Shown: positions 44,621 to 56,814 of the stretch, piece by piece
Position numbering within the stretch: position 1 is the first letter of the stretch
Layout of the letters: each line of letters opens with the position of its first letter
Origin: Candidatus Bathyarchaeota archaeon
Lineage (GTDB): Archaea > Thermoproteota > Bathyarchaeia > 40CM-2-53-6
Length of the DNA stretch: 64,000 nucleotides
Direction of reading: 5' to 3'
Assembly: GCA_963783645.1 (NCBI GenBank)
Contig: CAWAOH010000019.1
Coordinates: 1,738 to 65,737 of the forward strand
The notes under the pieces: model-generated
What the model saw: the letters and a program-made list of their open reading frames with translations, nothing else
Databases searched by the model: none
What the model was told of the DNA's origin: nothing
Position numbers and translations under genes: made by a program

Positions 44621-45385
44621 TCATTTTATTGATTCGTATATGGCTCTGGCTACGTCTCGTGGACTCGGTGAAGCATAGATTGTCCTACCCACAATGAGGT
44701 AAGTTGCCCCGGCTTCGATAGCTTCCTTCGCATCTCCTCCCTGTGTTCCGACTCCAGGGCTGTAAATCTCCATTGAAGGTCCTACGAGAGATCGAACTTG
44801 TCTGATGATCTCAGGCCTTGTCGCTCCTACCACTATTCCATCTGCTCCCCACTCAATTGCCATATTGGCAAATCGCTCGAAAATTGGCTTTTGTCCATCC
44901 GCAGTGCTGGTTATCATAGAGTAAAACTGCTCTGCGCCAGGATTACTCATGTAAACTAGCAAAATAACGCCCTTGCCCCCCTTTCTTGCCAACTCGAAAA
45001 CGGAATCCATTCCGCCTTTCCACCCAGTTACCGGACTTGCTATTACAGCATCAAATCCTGCGTGAATGTAAGAGCGCATCATGAATGAGTTTGTGTGTCC
45101 AACGTCGTTCAGTTTTGCGTCCATTATTACGGGCAATGAACGCTCATGTGCGTTCTTCACGAGCTCGCTGACTGCGGGCAATCCAATTGAAAGGACGAGT
45201 TGGCGGTTTATCTTGACTGCGCAGATGTATTCTCCTACATTCTCCAGAATTTCGTTGCACTCCATGATGAGTGCTTGATGATCGTCGTTTTCAAGGTCGA
45301 GAGCTAACACGATTCTACTTTGAGTTCTTTCTGAAGAACGCGCGAACAGTATTGGTGAATGACAAATGTGGTTCCAGCGGGCCAT
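44621..45385 (-). CDS. pyrF: Orotidine-5'-phosphate decarboxylase
   Basis: IVLALD, DAKLNDVGHT, VVGAT, SPGVGTQGG and IVGR. Confidence 0.95.
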   Translation of the reverse strand: MARWNHICHSPILFARSSERTQSRIVLALDLENDDHQALIMECNEILENVGEYICAVKINRQLVLSIGLPAVSELVKNAHERSLPVIMDAKLNDVGHTNSFMMRSYIHAGFDAVIASPVTGWKGGMDSVFELARKGGKGVILLVYMSNPGAEQFYSMITSTADGQKPIFERFANMAIEWGADGIVVGATRPEIIRQVRSLVGPSMEIYSPGVGTQGGDAKEAIEAGATYLIVGRTIYASPSPRDVARAIYESIK

Positions 45386-45424
45386 ACAATCTATTGGCGT
45401 AACGAGCCGAAGACTATTGCTTAC

Positions 45425-46131
45425 TTAGGAAAGATGGGCATGTCGTCGACCTGCGACTAGCTTTGCATAGAAGAATTTGGCGTCGCTCGTGTTATTAGTA
45501 AATTCCATTTTTTCTCCGTTCGGTTTGACTGCGATGTACTTAACGAAACCGAGACTGGCATCTATTGGTTGATCCAATGTTACATAGAAGAAGACAGGTA
45601 AAGCATCAGCTTCGTAGTAGTGCTCGAATGGAATGCACGTGCCGATAATGTGGCGTTTACCGCGGGGAAAGTGCCAGAGTGGGAAAGAGTGTTCCTTCTC
45701 TAAGGAAAGTGGCAATAGGATTCTCGCGATGGATTTTACATCTTCGACTTCGGCAAGCATGGGATGTGGGATTTCCGGAAATTTCCCCTCAATAGCGTCG
45801 ACGAAAGCATCAGGAATATTCTTCAGCTCCACGAATGACCCGTACCGGTACCGAGTGTCTCCAGCGTCGTCGGAGAACATCCATTCTTCGCCCTTCGACG
45901 AATCACTTCGATATGCGAGAAAGGGTTTCGGTGGCGGATCTGAGATCGTGTACGCCAGTATTGGCAGGTCTCCGTCCCAATACATGTATGCAGTGAATAA
46001 GCCGAAGATGTGCTTGCCCTTGTGTTTGAAGTACCACAGGATTTGGGAACCCTCGGTCAAGCCTAGGGCTAATCTCGAGAAGTTCAGCATGTCACTACGT
46101 GTACAGGCACTGGTGGCTTGACTGATTCCAT
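45425..46131 (-). CDS. Hypothetical protein with two tandem copies of a ~105-aa domain
   Basis: LWYFKHKGKHIFG..LPILAY..GEEWMFSDD versus LWHFPRGKRHIIG..LPVFFY..GEKMEFTNN; upstream ATG at 46131 via a frameshift. Confidence 0.7.
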
Positions 46132-46191
46132 CAAAACACCGTTTCTGTTAGAAGCAGACCAAACGATATATAACTTTACGAGCCGCTAATT

Positions 46192-46938
46192 CTACCGGAA
46201 CAGAGTCTTCTTCTCTTTGGTCTGATTAAGCATTGAATTGATCCGGATTCCTTTATCGTATTCCACTCCCCTAATGATGGCCACGGGTATCCGATCACTT
46301 TTTCGCATCACGAGTTCTGCAGCTGAGGCCAATTCATCCGCAATTGCGATTTGAGTAACGTTGAGCTGATTTCCGAACATGTCTTGGCTACCACGGTAAT
46401 CGACTATTGGGTTCAAGCCATCCACGCCGATTGCGACGTTGACTTGTCCGTTCCTCCAAGCGCGGCCGAAGGTGTCAGAGATGATGACTCCAACCTCAAC
46501 ACCAGTCAACTCCATAATTCTCTGTCTGAATCATCTTGAGCCGATTTGTCAGGATCAACTGGGAGTAGCACTACGAAGTCATTTTGCCCACGTTTGATCT
46601 ATCAACTCCGCGTTGGCGCAAACAAATCCATGCGGCGTTTCCACGATAAGATGGCCCCCCGCATTCTGACTATGCTAGCGGATTCTCTTAGAATCACTTC
46701 AACATGTCTCGGATCCTTCGCTGACGTCTTGGCAATGGTCTCTGCAAGTTTGAAGGATGAACCGATGATAGGTCGAGAACTTTCCCTCTGCCTTCGAGAC
46801 TATTTTCTGGGCAACGACAAGAATATCGTTGGCTTGGATCTGTATGGATTCTTCCTTCGCTGCTTGGACCAGCTGGTCACCTATATTATCGCCGGGGTTT
46901 ACCAATGGCATTTTGCTTATGCCAAGTATCTGAATCAA
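46192..46938 (-). CDS. cofE: Coenzyme F420-0:L-glutamate ligase (frameshifted)
   Basis: AQKIVSKAEG, CANAGVD (manual read), IISDTFGRAWR and ADELASAAEL. Confidence 0.92.
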
Positions 46939-49542
46939 AATTCGTCTTCACCCTGTAGAAGAAAGACTCAAGTTTCTTAACTCCAGCAAGATCTTCGAAA
47001 TCTACGCCCAAAGCGTCAAGTACCTGCTCAAAAGTTCCGCGAATATATTCGATATACTTCTCAATGTCGACTTCTTCTAGCCGAGCAAGTTGAACTGGTT
47101 TTACGCCAAGTTCTCCACGAACTTTCACGAATGAGACAATGTCTCCTGATTTCATTTCGGTCCCGGCTTGTTGGAGGAGTCTCGCCGCCTTGACGTGCTG
47201 AGGAGTTGTTTTCGTGTAATTCTCTGGAGTTCTACTCATCATCATTGAAAAGGCAAGTTCCGATAGGGAATATTGTTTGTTTCGTAATTTGACGTAGCAT
47301 TCTTTGACGATTTCGATGATCTTTGTTTTTGCAGTTTCGATATCTTCCGGAGATTTTACCTCGCTAAGTATTGAAACCATCTGATAGAAAATGCCATGCA
47401 GGAATGCTGGAATATGACGTTTTTTACCTGTTAGGCCTTTAATGTCAACGCTGCCGTCTGGAAATACGCCGAAGTAGTTCTTCTTTCTCGAACTTAAGGC
47501 CAAGTACCGGTAGTTCTTGTCGATTTCAAGTTCCATCTTTAGGATGGTTCGTGACCATTCGATGAGTTTGTTCAGTGAGGCGACGTTCTGACTACCTAGG
47601 AAGATGGAGTCGGTGTCCCCGTAGAACACCTCGAGGCTTAGCTTCTGTGCTTCTTGCAAGGTTTCAGTGATCACGTGTCTTCCGATTGCGGCCGTTGCCT
47701 CGGCCACAGGAGGACAATACAGTGCGAAGTTGTCTGCACCAAAGACACCGTAGCTTGCATTGAGAACAACTTTCAGCGCATCCGAAACAACTTTGTACCA
47801 GCTCTGCAGTGGCGGAGAAAGTGTTCGATCTTTTGATTTTACCTTATACCAGTTTACTCGAAGATCGCGCAAGGAGCCGATAAGTAGGCTTTCTAGTCCG
47901 CGTTTCTCGCTGCAAACCCAGTGAGGCGTTCCTGGAATCAGGTTGCGCCTGCAAGCATCATGTGAACATCTCACAGTCTCGTAACCCAAGTTCCATTCCT
48001 TTATGATGGATGGATACAGTGAGGCAAAGTCCAAGAACCGAGACGTTGAAGTGTACGCCCGGCTTCGGTTCAACCACTATCGCTCCTTTGTACTTCTTAC
48101 CTTTAATGACCGCCTCTGTAGTTGTCTCTCCTTTCACTTCGAGGATTTCATCTTTTCGCGGGATCAAGTAATTTTGCTTGCGATGATGACAAAACATAAT
48201 ACTTCGAATCCAGCCAGATACACCTTGCCTTGAGACGTCATCGATCGTCATGTAACTGATTCTCGAAAGTGCCGTCATCAACTTCATAACGAGTTCGTCA
48301 TTGAATGAAGTCAGATTTAGTACAATTTGCGAATCACGATAACAGTAAGCTGCTAATTCTTTGTAGGACGCTTTTGAAACGGAGTCTATTTCTAATCTTC
48401 GAACTTTCAACCAATGCCTCTCCTACTGCGTCAAGTGTGTTTTCTCGATATTTCTGTCCAAATGCGTAGATTTGGATTGATCGATTAAAGAAGAATTTGT
48501 AGAGGTCAATGTGCACGCCGTACTTGAGGAACGCGACGTCACGTCCCATTTCGATCGGAATTTCATCGTTTCTGAAGCCCAAACGCTGTGCCCTATGGTA
48601 CAGGTATTTGAGATCGAAATCGTCGCCGTTGAAGGTAACGATCACTGGAAAGTTCAAAAGGGCCAGGAACAGCGCCACTAGAAGATCCTCTTCCTTGGAG
48701 TAGAATTCGAGTTTCATACCTGCGGACAGGCTCGTCTGTCCTTCTTCTATACCCTCTCTTTCGAGAAGTAGTACTCTGCTCGTCCCATCTGACCCCACGA
48801 GACTCACGCAAATGACGGGGTCTTCTGCAATCTCAGGATCAGGTACCCGTGTTTCTACGCGATTAGAGACCTCAATATCGAGGGCAACTCTCCTGTATTG
48901 CGGAACGGGGCATTCGAGCAATCTCATCCATTCATTAGCGAGCAACTTATACTCAGGACTTGCATCGTGAAACATTTTCTCGATTTCTTTGCTGGTTTGA
49001 TCAGATAATTTGTAGCTGACTTGTTGAAGTTGCTTGGCTTTGCATTCATACATCATGCCAGGTTCGATACCGCGATCGTAAATGTAGTTCTCAACGTACT
49101 TGATGTCTGCTTCCCAAGCGGTGATAGCATCACGAATTGATCCTGTAGCTTTGCCGCCTATCGTCAGTGGATCTTTCGCGACTATTCTTGTAACGTTGAC
49201 TGTTTGCCCTCTGAGAGCATCGAATTTTGAATCTTCTTCAAAATGATCAAAGCCTGGATTTTTAGCGACATTGACATTCCTTTGCAGCTCAGACAATGAT
49301 TGCTTGCTATAGCAATACGGTCTGTGTCCGGTATCATCAAACCAGAAGTGAATTTTATGAGAAGACGGATCATACAGACGCAGGAAGCATTTCTTGAGAC
49401 TTCCGTCGTATCCTATCGATATGAGATATGATGGCGGAAAGTCTTCTGAGGTCAAAGGGACGAAAACAAGCCCTTGACGACCGGTTTGAGCAGGATGACT
49501 TGATTGCACTGAACTACCTTTGAAGTAAGTCTCGAGGGTCAT
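46886..49542 (-). CDS. polB: Family B DNA polymerase (PolB1-like), split by indels
   Basis: ALDIEV, FNGDDFD, DFASLYPSII, KVVLNASYG and YGDTDS. Confidence 0.96.
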
Positions 49543-49616
49543 TTCCGTCTGTGCGAGGTGAATGCACAGGCTCTACTAAATAGTTGCGTGATGTTAATCT
49601 CCACGGTTAATTCAGG

Positions 49617-50924
49617 TTGAGGAGAAATTCTCTCGCTGTTGCAATCGAAGCCCTGAGCTGGATGGCCTACGCGAGATTAGGCGAGAGAACGGCACTTTTC
49701 CGGGCTGCTGATCAGTTAGACGCGAGTCCAGACGAGCTGCGACAGGCTCATCGCCTCATAATGGAGACTACACGGTTCCAAAATCGACTGGAACATTACG
49801 TTTCGTTGGTCTCGAATGGTAAACTCGACGAGATGCCGCATGGAGTGTCGGGTTTTCTAAGGATCCTCGCGTTCTTGAGATACGTTGACCGAGCGGATGA
49901 GAGACAGCTTCGACTGGCAATTTCATCGGCTAGGCAGATCCTTGGTTGGAAAATACTGCGCCCGTATGAGGAAACCATTGGGCGAATTGTTACTGAAACC
50001 TGTTCTTTTCACGCTCAGAATGATTATGAGAGGATCTCGCTTGAAACTTGTCATCCTACGTGGTACGTGCAACGTATCTTGTTGTTGTTCGGTCGCGATG
50101 TCGGTCTCCAAATCCTGAATCGAAACCTCAAACCCATTCCGCTTTACATTCGATTAAATCCGCTCCAAACCAATTCGTCATCGGCGCAAGGTACTATCAG
50201 TGCTGCAGAAGTGGACGGATTGAAAGGAGTATGGAAATTGAATGACTCCCACAAACTTGGACCGCAACAACTTGAATTCGTTAAGACAGGAAAAATCGTC
50301 ATTCAAGATCTCTCCGCAATTGTTTCAGGCATTGTGGCTTCGCCTCAACCAGGAGACAGTGTACTAGACGTATGTGCGGCTCCAGGCAACAAGACAAGCC
50401 ATCTGGCTGCTCTGATGAGCAATAAGGGAGAGATATTCTCGATCGACGTCTCTAGTGAGAGGATGGCGCATTGGAAGAAAGAGATCGACCGAGTAGGGTG
50501 CTTGATAGCTAACGGGATTATTGCGGATGCGAGTAGACTGAAACTTAACGTTGAAGCTGAAGTTGTACTCGTGGATCCACCGTGTTCCAATACGGGGGTA
50601 TTCGCAAAGAATCCTACGATGAAATGGAGACTTTCTGCCGCACGCCTCCAAACGCTGATCAGGAGGCAATCAACCATCTTGGATTCTGCCTCGAAACATG
50701 TTCGTGCGGGTGGAAGCCTAGTTTATTCAACATGCAGCATCCTACCCGAAGAGAACGAGGACGTAATCGCCTCTTTTCTCCGTAGAAATCCTGACTTCAT
50801 GTTAGAACACCAGAAGCCGTTTTTGGGATCATCCGGATTAAAGGGACTCGAGCGATGCCAGAGGTTCTACCCTAACTTGCATGAGTGCAATGGATATTTC
50901 ATTGCAAAGTTGCGAAGACTCTAA
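49617..50924 (+). CDS. RsmB/NOP2 family RNA m5C methyltransferase
   Basis: LDVCAAPGNKT, VDPPCS and YSTCS..ENE. Confidence 0.93.
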   Translation: MRRNSLAVAIEALSWMAYARLGERTALFRAADQLDASPDELRQAHRLIMETTRFQNRLEHYVSLVSNGKLDEMPHGVSGFLRILAFLRYVDRADERQLRLAISSARQILGWKILRPYEETIGRIVTETCSFHAQNDYERISLETCHPTWYVQRILLLFGRDVGLQILNRNLKPIPLYIRLNPLQTNSSSAQGTISAAEVDGLKGVWKLNDSHKLGPQQLEFVKTGKIVIQDLSAIVSGIVASPQPGDSVLDVCAAPGNKTSHLAALMSNKGEIFSIDVSSERMAHWKKEIDRVGCLIANGIIADASRLKLNVEAEVVLVDPPCSNTGVFAKNPTMKWRLSAARLQTLIRRQSTILDSASKHVRAGGSLVYSTCSILPEENEDVIASFLRRNPDFMLEHQKPFLGSSGLKGLERCQRFYPNLHECNGYFIAKLRRL

Positions 50925-51784
50925 CTCTTCCGTGCTTTTTCCGCGTTCGCGATGACTTCGAAAATTAGTCTGGAAGCCGCAACAGCAGCCGCTCCTGAAT
51001 CATAATTCGGGCACACCTCGACAAGATCAAATGCAATCATCCTCTCCGCTGCAACCGCGCTAACAAGGTGCGTTAGTTCACTTGGTGTGAGGCCATCAAA
51101 CTCCGGATTGGCGACACCTGGACAAAACGCAGGATCTAAGACGTCCGAGTCAATGGTCAGATAGGTACGCTGGAACTTACCAAGAAATTCTCTTAGCTTC
51201 TCCGCAGCTTTCTCTAGGCCTAGCTCGCGGAGGCCCCATGGAGTGAGATGTTGAATTCTTTCCTTCTGGATGAACTCTACTTCTTCCTTACAGAGAGCAC
51301 GCACGCCGCAGACGTAGATACCGTCGGTCCCGACCACTTCACTTATCCGCCTCAGAACAGTCGCGTGTGACAGTTTACCACCACCATACTCATCACGCAG
51401 GTCTCCATGTGCGTCAAAGCTAACCACGCCCACGCTTTTCGGCAGGCTCTGTACAGCCCCCAGCGTTATTGTATGCTCTCCCCCAATGCAAATCGGCATC
51501 TTGCCAGCGGACAAGATATCACCGGCGACACCTCGAAGGCGACGAAGCGTCTCCGCGGCGTCATCAACAATATGCAAATCTCCGGCATCATGGATCGGCA
51601 CAGATTCAATGTCTACGCCCGTGCGAAGACTGTAAGTCTCGATGTTCAAAGATGCTTCACGAATAGCACCCGGTCCGAAACGTGAACCTGACCTGAAAGT
51701 ACTCGTATGGTCATATGGAACTCCAATAACTACGTATCGTGCTTCCTCGAGGGATTTCGAATAACCTGAAAAGCTGCCAGTCAT
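50921..51784 (-). CDS. speB: Agmatinase
   Basis: GGEHT, DAHGD and DSDVLDP. Confidence 0.93.
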   Translation of the reverse strand: MTGSFSGYSKSLEEARYVVIGVPYDHTSTFRSGSRFGPGAIREASLNIETYSLRTGVDIESVPIHDAGDLHIVDDAAETLRRLRGVAGDILSAGKMPICIGGEHTITLGAVQSLPKSVGVVSFDAHGDLRDEYGGGKLSHATVLRRISEVVGTDGIYVCGVRALCKEEVEFIQKERIQHLTPWGLRELGLEKAAEKLREFLGKFQRTYLTIDSDVLDPAFCPGVANPEFDGLTPSELTHLVSAVAAERMIAFDLVEVCPNYDSGAAAVAASRLIFEVIANAEKARKS

Positions 51785-51955
51785 TGATGTATGTAAGGAC
51801 AGATTCTCCAGTTTGCCGTGCCTCCTCTGAACTCGTAAGCCTTTTTGTCCGTATCAACTCGTACTGCTTTTAACCCATACTGTTTCAGCTCTGACGACAC
51901 CGTGGCAATCAGACAAACTCTGTAAGGGTTAAATGGAACAGCCTATGACATAGAT

Positions 51956-52346
51956 GTGGAGACGGGCTTGTTGAAAGGGAGTTTGATAACGGTTCTATTA
52001 TCAACTCTCATAGTTGGTTCCTTTATCGTGCCCGCGATGGCTCAAGGAGTTACAACGGGATACACTGTGCAGGTTACTTTCTTCTATCCTTGCGTTTGTA
52101 CCCTCACTAACATCCAAGTTATAGCGAGCGATCAGACCGGTAAGCCCGTTGCTAAGGCATTGAGCCCCGACGGAAGCATGCTTTTAGTAATGTTCCGGAC
52201 GGAGAATCCCGTATTGGCTTATTGTCAGCGCATCTGGAGATGCAAGTTTCTCATATTATCGACCATGGTCAGTACATGGTTTTAGTGTCGTAGCCGTCCA
52301 AATTATCGGCGGGTACTACTACGCCACGATATACTTGGGTAGATAG
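51956..52346 (+). CDS. Small secreted hypothetical protein (frameshift)
   Basis: Signal peptide ending PAMA; reading frame continues after an indel to TAG at 52344-52346. Confidence 0.5.
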
Positions 52347-52397
52347 CCCTTCGGTTATTCCATACCGATAACTCGGAGTGCAATCGGAAGTTAGTTC

Positions 52398-52973
52398 TTG
52401 CACGTCTGTAATCATAGGGCATGCTACCCTGTGATCATGAAATGTCAGTGCGATTTCGTATGCACAAAGCTTTATGCCAGATCTATAGGCGTTATTAGAC
52501 TTCCACGAATTGAGGTTGAAAGTTTGGGCGAAGTATCGAACGAGCGCTCTGCCGGAATTTGGGGCGCGTTAATCATCTACGCACTTGGCGGAGTCTATAT
52601 GCTCAGCTTTTGGGCACTTGACCAAGCGGCATATTACTTGGCGCTATTCGGCATCATCTCATTATTGATTGCAGGTGCTTTATTCAAGACTTCTCGCTGG
52701 GCTTGGTGGTTGGGTCTATTCTCATTTCCGATTTACTTCGTTGATGTAGCCTATGCTCTGCTAACGTCAGTGAACTTAGTGGGGTGGTATTCTGACCTCC
52801 CGACGGGAGCGTTTCATGCCTCAATGGTTACTTATCTTGTCTTTCTTTGTGTGGGCTTCATACTATTGCTTGACAGAAGAAACGTCTTGAGGTCGGACAG
52901 TATACTCGACCTTCTCAACAAACCCTTGTCATCGAAGCCTGCAACGACAGGAAAGCATGATAGTAAGGTCTAG
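52398..52973 (+). CDS. Hypothetical 4-TM membrane protein (true start probably ~52525)
   Basis: Four hydrophobic segments. Confidence 0.65.
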   Translation: MHVCNHRACYPVIMKCQCDFVCTKLYARSIGVIRLPRIEVESLGEVSNERSAGIWGALIIYALGGVYMLSFWALDQAAYYLALFGIISLLIAGALFKTSRWAWWLGLFSFPIYFVDVAYALLTSVNLVGWYSDLPTGAFHASMVTYLVFLCVGFILLLDRRNVLRSDSILDLLNKPLSSKPATTGKHDSKV

Positions 52974-54281
52974 TCACGAGCTACTCGAATACTCCCTATT
53001 TTTGGAGTTCGGTAGAAGTAGGATGTTCTCGAGAACAACCCTTCGATCACCGCACGTGAATTGCTGAAAAGCAATCCGTAGACTATCGCCCCCAAATATC
53101 CGAGGTGGAGAATCCGTCTCAGTTTCATTACTCCTACCTGAGAGAATTCTGAGAGAGTTACGCCTGAAGCCACAAGGGGCGCGCTGTAGATCACCAAGGA
53201 GAGTAAGAAGGTGATGAGTGCAACTTGATATCTCCAGAATCCCATGAGCCAAAACGATGGTGGAAAGACCGAGTAGTACAATAGCCCGACCACGATTGCG
53301 ATAATGGTAAGCGGACAAATGAAATATGTTGAGAGGTGCAGGATAGCCTCCATTTTCTGAAAGAAATTCAGCTGAGCACTTCTCAGGATTGCTCCGCCGT
53401 GCTTCCTTAGGCATTCAGAATATCCTTTTGCCCATCGATATTGCTGGTGTCTGAGGTTATCGAAGCTCGGAGGTATTTCACCCGGGCAGACGACTGTGGG
53501 AACGTAGATATACTTCCATCCTTTGAGGTGAAGGCGTATCGATAGGTCCAAGTCTTCTGCCAGAGTGTCGGCGCTCCATCCTCCTGCGTCCTCAATGGCT
53601 TTGCGTCTGAAGACTCCGCATGTGCCGCTGAAATGTGCCAACAGGTTTCCCACATATCGCGCCCGTTGATCTACAAACGCGTAAACGTCGATCGCAAGCG
53701 ACATTGCTTTGGCAATCCATGAAAATTGTCCGTCAAGGTAACTCCATCTTGACTGAGCAAACGCAACTCTATCATCTAGGTATAGATGAGGAATCATTTT
53801 CTTCAGGAAATCAGCAGGCGGAACATAATCCGCAGTCGAAGAGGGCGATAAATTCGCCTGTACTCTTCTGCATTGCAACTTCAAGCGCTCCTGCCTTGAA
53901 ACCTGTGCGACGTTCGCGATGAATAACCCTAACGAGATTGGGATACTTCGCCTCGAATGATTTTGCAATCCTAGTAGTTGTGCCATCGTTTGAATCATCC
54001 ATCACTATGATCTCTAGCTTATCAGCTGGATAATCCAGCTTAACACAGGCGTCCAGTAAGCGCCCGGCTACTGTCTCTTCATTAAACAATGGAAGATGAA
54101 CCGAGACTCTCGGCCAAGTTTCCAAAATGGGAGGCGCAGCAAGTTTGTTTCTTCCTCTGACCGAGAGAAGTGTGAGTATCCACATGTTGAATGCGTAAAT
54201 GGAGATAAGCCCCGTAACCATGGCAACCGTGAACAGCACGAGCTGTTGAAGGTTGGTCAGGTTCGCTGGGAACAAATACAT
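52970..54281 (-). CDS. GT2 cellulose-synthase-like glycosyltransferase (frameshift near 53830)
   Basis: LPLFNE, MDDS, GFKAGAL, TLAEDLD and QQYRW. Confidence 0.92.
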
Positions 54282-54300
54282 TCTCTCAACCGACTAGAGT

Positions 54301-56499
54301 CTAGCGCTCGTAACGGATTTGAGTGTATAAGCCTATCTTTCCGTCATCATTTAGGGTCCGGACAGGTTTTTCTGTTTTTTGAATCGATGAATTTATGGTA
54401 ATCTCTTGTCCTGTACCCTTAGGTTTGTTAATGTAGCAATTCGGGCAGGAGACAACGGGTGGATTCCACTTTTTGCCTTTCCACTTTACTTGCATCATCT
54501 GAAAACCACATTCTGAACATCCCTTATCGAGAAATTCTAATTGTGCCATGCGCGTGGGCGGGAGAGGTAGTGAGAACTTGCAGTCTGCCCTAACTTTGTG
54601 ACCAATGAAGCGCTTGCCATTCTTGCTTGCAATCCATATCAGAGCTTGCCCACATTTGGGACAGGGCACGTCCAACGTAACCTTGTCCATCCACATCTTC
54701 CCTATTGTTACCGTGAGCTCTGAACCAATCTCGTCTTCCTTCGCCTTCAAATCCTGAAGTATCGGCTTCAAGTACTCAATTGTGGATTGTACTACGTGCT
54801 GCCTGATTTCCTTCCCAAGCTCTATCTGTTCCATCATCGCTTCGAGCTCACGCGTGAACTTCACGTCCATTATCTTCGGACAATATTTCATCAGAATCTC
54901 GCTCACTCGGAACGCAAGAGGCGTAGCCGTCATAATGCGATGTTCCTCCTTGACATAACCGCGTTCGTACAGTGTTTCAATGATGTCCGCTCGAGTTGCT
55001 TTGGTTCCTATCTCTGCTTCTTCCATTGATTTTAACAGACTACTTGGATTGAACCGAGCAGGCGGCTGGACGTACTTTTCTTCGAAATGTATTTCCTCGA
55101 CAGGGATCCGTTGGCCTTCCTTTAGCGGAGGGAGCGTGACATCATCGAATTTCGCATAGCGTCCGTAAAATTCGATCCATCCTTTTGAGAGGATTCGAGC
55201 AGCTCGCAGAAAGAATCGGTGCTCACCAACCTTGATTATCGCTTTGTCACTTTGCCTGATCGCGATTTCTCCGAAAGTAGCTAGAAAACGCCTTACGATC
55301 AAATCGAATAGTCTCTGCTCCCGAAAATCTTTCGTATTTCTAGGTCCTGCACCTGTGGGGTATACTGCAGGATGCGCTGGATCTTCCTTTTTGCCCTGGA
55401 TTGGGGCGAGGCGGCTGAAGGTTAGGAGTTTTGCAGTCTCCCTTTTGTATGACTCGAGTTTGCTCAATCCCCTCAGTACTTCTAGGTATCCGATAGTTGG
55501 AGGAAGTTTCTGGCTTGATGTTCTCGGGTATGAGATGAGTTGATCGAGGTATAGGTGTTCAGCGATTGCGAGGGTGGTTCTTGGTGTGAAACCGAAATGG
55601 CGGTAAGCTTCTGCCTGGAGACCAGAAAGATCGAAAGGAGTTGGTGGTGCCAAATTATACGCGCGTGACTCGACTTTCTCCAGGATTCCTATCTTGCCAG
55701 TGCATTCGTTCACAATTCTTTGAGCCTCCTGTCTCCTGTCTATTCGTTCAACTTCAAATTCGGCTTCAACTTTCTTACCGCCAACGTTGACGGTTGCCTT
55801 CAAGATCCAGTAAGGTGTCGGAACGAAGCACTGAATCTCTCGTTCTCTCTCAACTACGAAGCGCATGGTAGGTCCCTGCACTCTTCCTGTACTGAGGGTG
55901 GAGTAACGGTGGCTCGCTTTCATCGCGGACTGCGTGAGCGCACGAGACAAGTTGATGCCGTATAACCAGTCAACTTCGTGTCGACACATTCCAGCTTGCG
56001 CGAATTCAAAATCCAAGTGCGGCGATAGTCTTGAATATGCATCTCGCAATTCCTTGCTGGTGAGAGTCGAGAACTTCATGCGATGTGCTTTCTCATCTGC
56101 CCCGTTACATGCGTACTTCAGAATTGTATAGCCGATGAGCGAACCTTCTAAATCGTAATCACATGCGTTGACGAACCGATCGGCATTTTTGGAAACTTCC
56201 GATATCGCTCGAATCCATTTTTCCTGTCGTATTTGGCCACGCTCCACAAGGTGCTTAGGTTTCCACGTGAAGTCCCAAACCGGATATTGGGACCTCGTTT
56301 TCTCTCCTTCAGCAGCAACTGCGTAGAGATGTCCCAATGCGGAACATACAAGTATTCGCTCTTCATTGTAGAAAACTTCGAAAAACGGAACTCCTTCGAC
56401 GCTCAGTTTTGTCGGCTTCTTCTCTCTACTTAACGCCTCGGCAACATGTAATGCTGCATCCGGCTTTTCAGTGACAATGAGAGTAGTGTTCGATGTCAA
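54301..56499 (-). CDS. topA: Type IA DNA topoisomerase
   Basis: EKP, ACDYDLEG, STGRVQGP, ISYPRTSS, GTKATR and C-terminal zinc fingers. Confidence 0.97.
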   Translation of the reverse strand: MTSNTTLIVTEKPDAALHVAEALSREKKPTKLSVEGVPFFEVFYNEERILVCSALGHLYAVAAEGEKTRSQYPVWDFTWKPKHLVERGQIRQEKWIRAISEVSKNADRFVNACDYDLEGSLIGYTILKYACNGADEKAHRMKFSTLTSKELRDAYSRLSPHLDFEFAQAGMCRHEVDWLYGINLSRALTQSAMKASHRYSTLSTGRVQGPTMRFVVEREREIQCFVPTPYWILKATVNVGGKKVEAEFEVERIDRRQEAQRIVNECTGKIGILEKVESRAYNLAPPTPFDLSGLQAEAYRHFGFTPRTTLAIAEHLYLDQLISYPRTSSQKLPPTIGYLEVLRGLSKLESYKRETAKLLTFSRLAPIQGKKEDPAHPAVYPTGAGPRNTKDFREQRLFDLIVRRFLATFGEIAIRQSDKAIIKVGEHRFFLRAARILSKGWIEFYGRYAKFDDVTLPPLKEGQRIPVEEIHFEEKYVQPPARFNPSSLLKSMEEAEIGTKATRADIIETLYERGYVKEEHRIMTATPLAFRVSEILMKYCPKIMDVKFTRELEAMMEQIELGKEIRQHVVQSTIEYLKPILQDLKAKEDEIGSELTVTIGKMWMDKVTLDVPCPKCGQALIWIASKNGKRFIGHKVRADCKFSLPLPPTRMAQLEFLDKGCSECGFQMMQVKWKGKKWNPPVVSCPNCYINKPKGTGQEITINSSIQKTEKPVRTLNDDGKIGLYTQIRYER

Positions 56500-56738
56500 G
56501 CAATCGTCCCCTTGTCTCGAACGTGTTTGATTACTTCTTTTACTGCAAACCCAGTTTCTGGATGCCTTTCTAACTCTGAGTAGTACTTCTCTTTTTCAAG
56601 ACCTCCGAATGCTTCGCTCCAAATAATGTAGGCGTGCTTCAGATTTGCCAATGCGATCTTGTGGAGACTGCAGAATTCTCCCGTCTTTTCTTTGCGTCTT
56701 TCACAGAGGGCGCATTGCTCAGACATCTCAGTGACCAC
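56496..56738 (-). CDS. Small Cys/His protein translationally coupled to topA
   Basis: CALC...FCSLH; its stop overlaps the topA start. Confidence 0.7.
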   Translation of the reverse strand: MVTEMSEQCALCERRKEKTGEFCSLHKIALANLKHAYIIWSEAFGGLEKEKYYSELERHPETGFAVKEVIKHVRDKGTIA

Positions 56739-56814
56739 TATGAAGTTACTAGTCGCTAGTAGTGGCTAATTTAGGGCTTATTGGAGGATTTGAGTATAGA
56801 ATAGCTCTTGTCAG

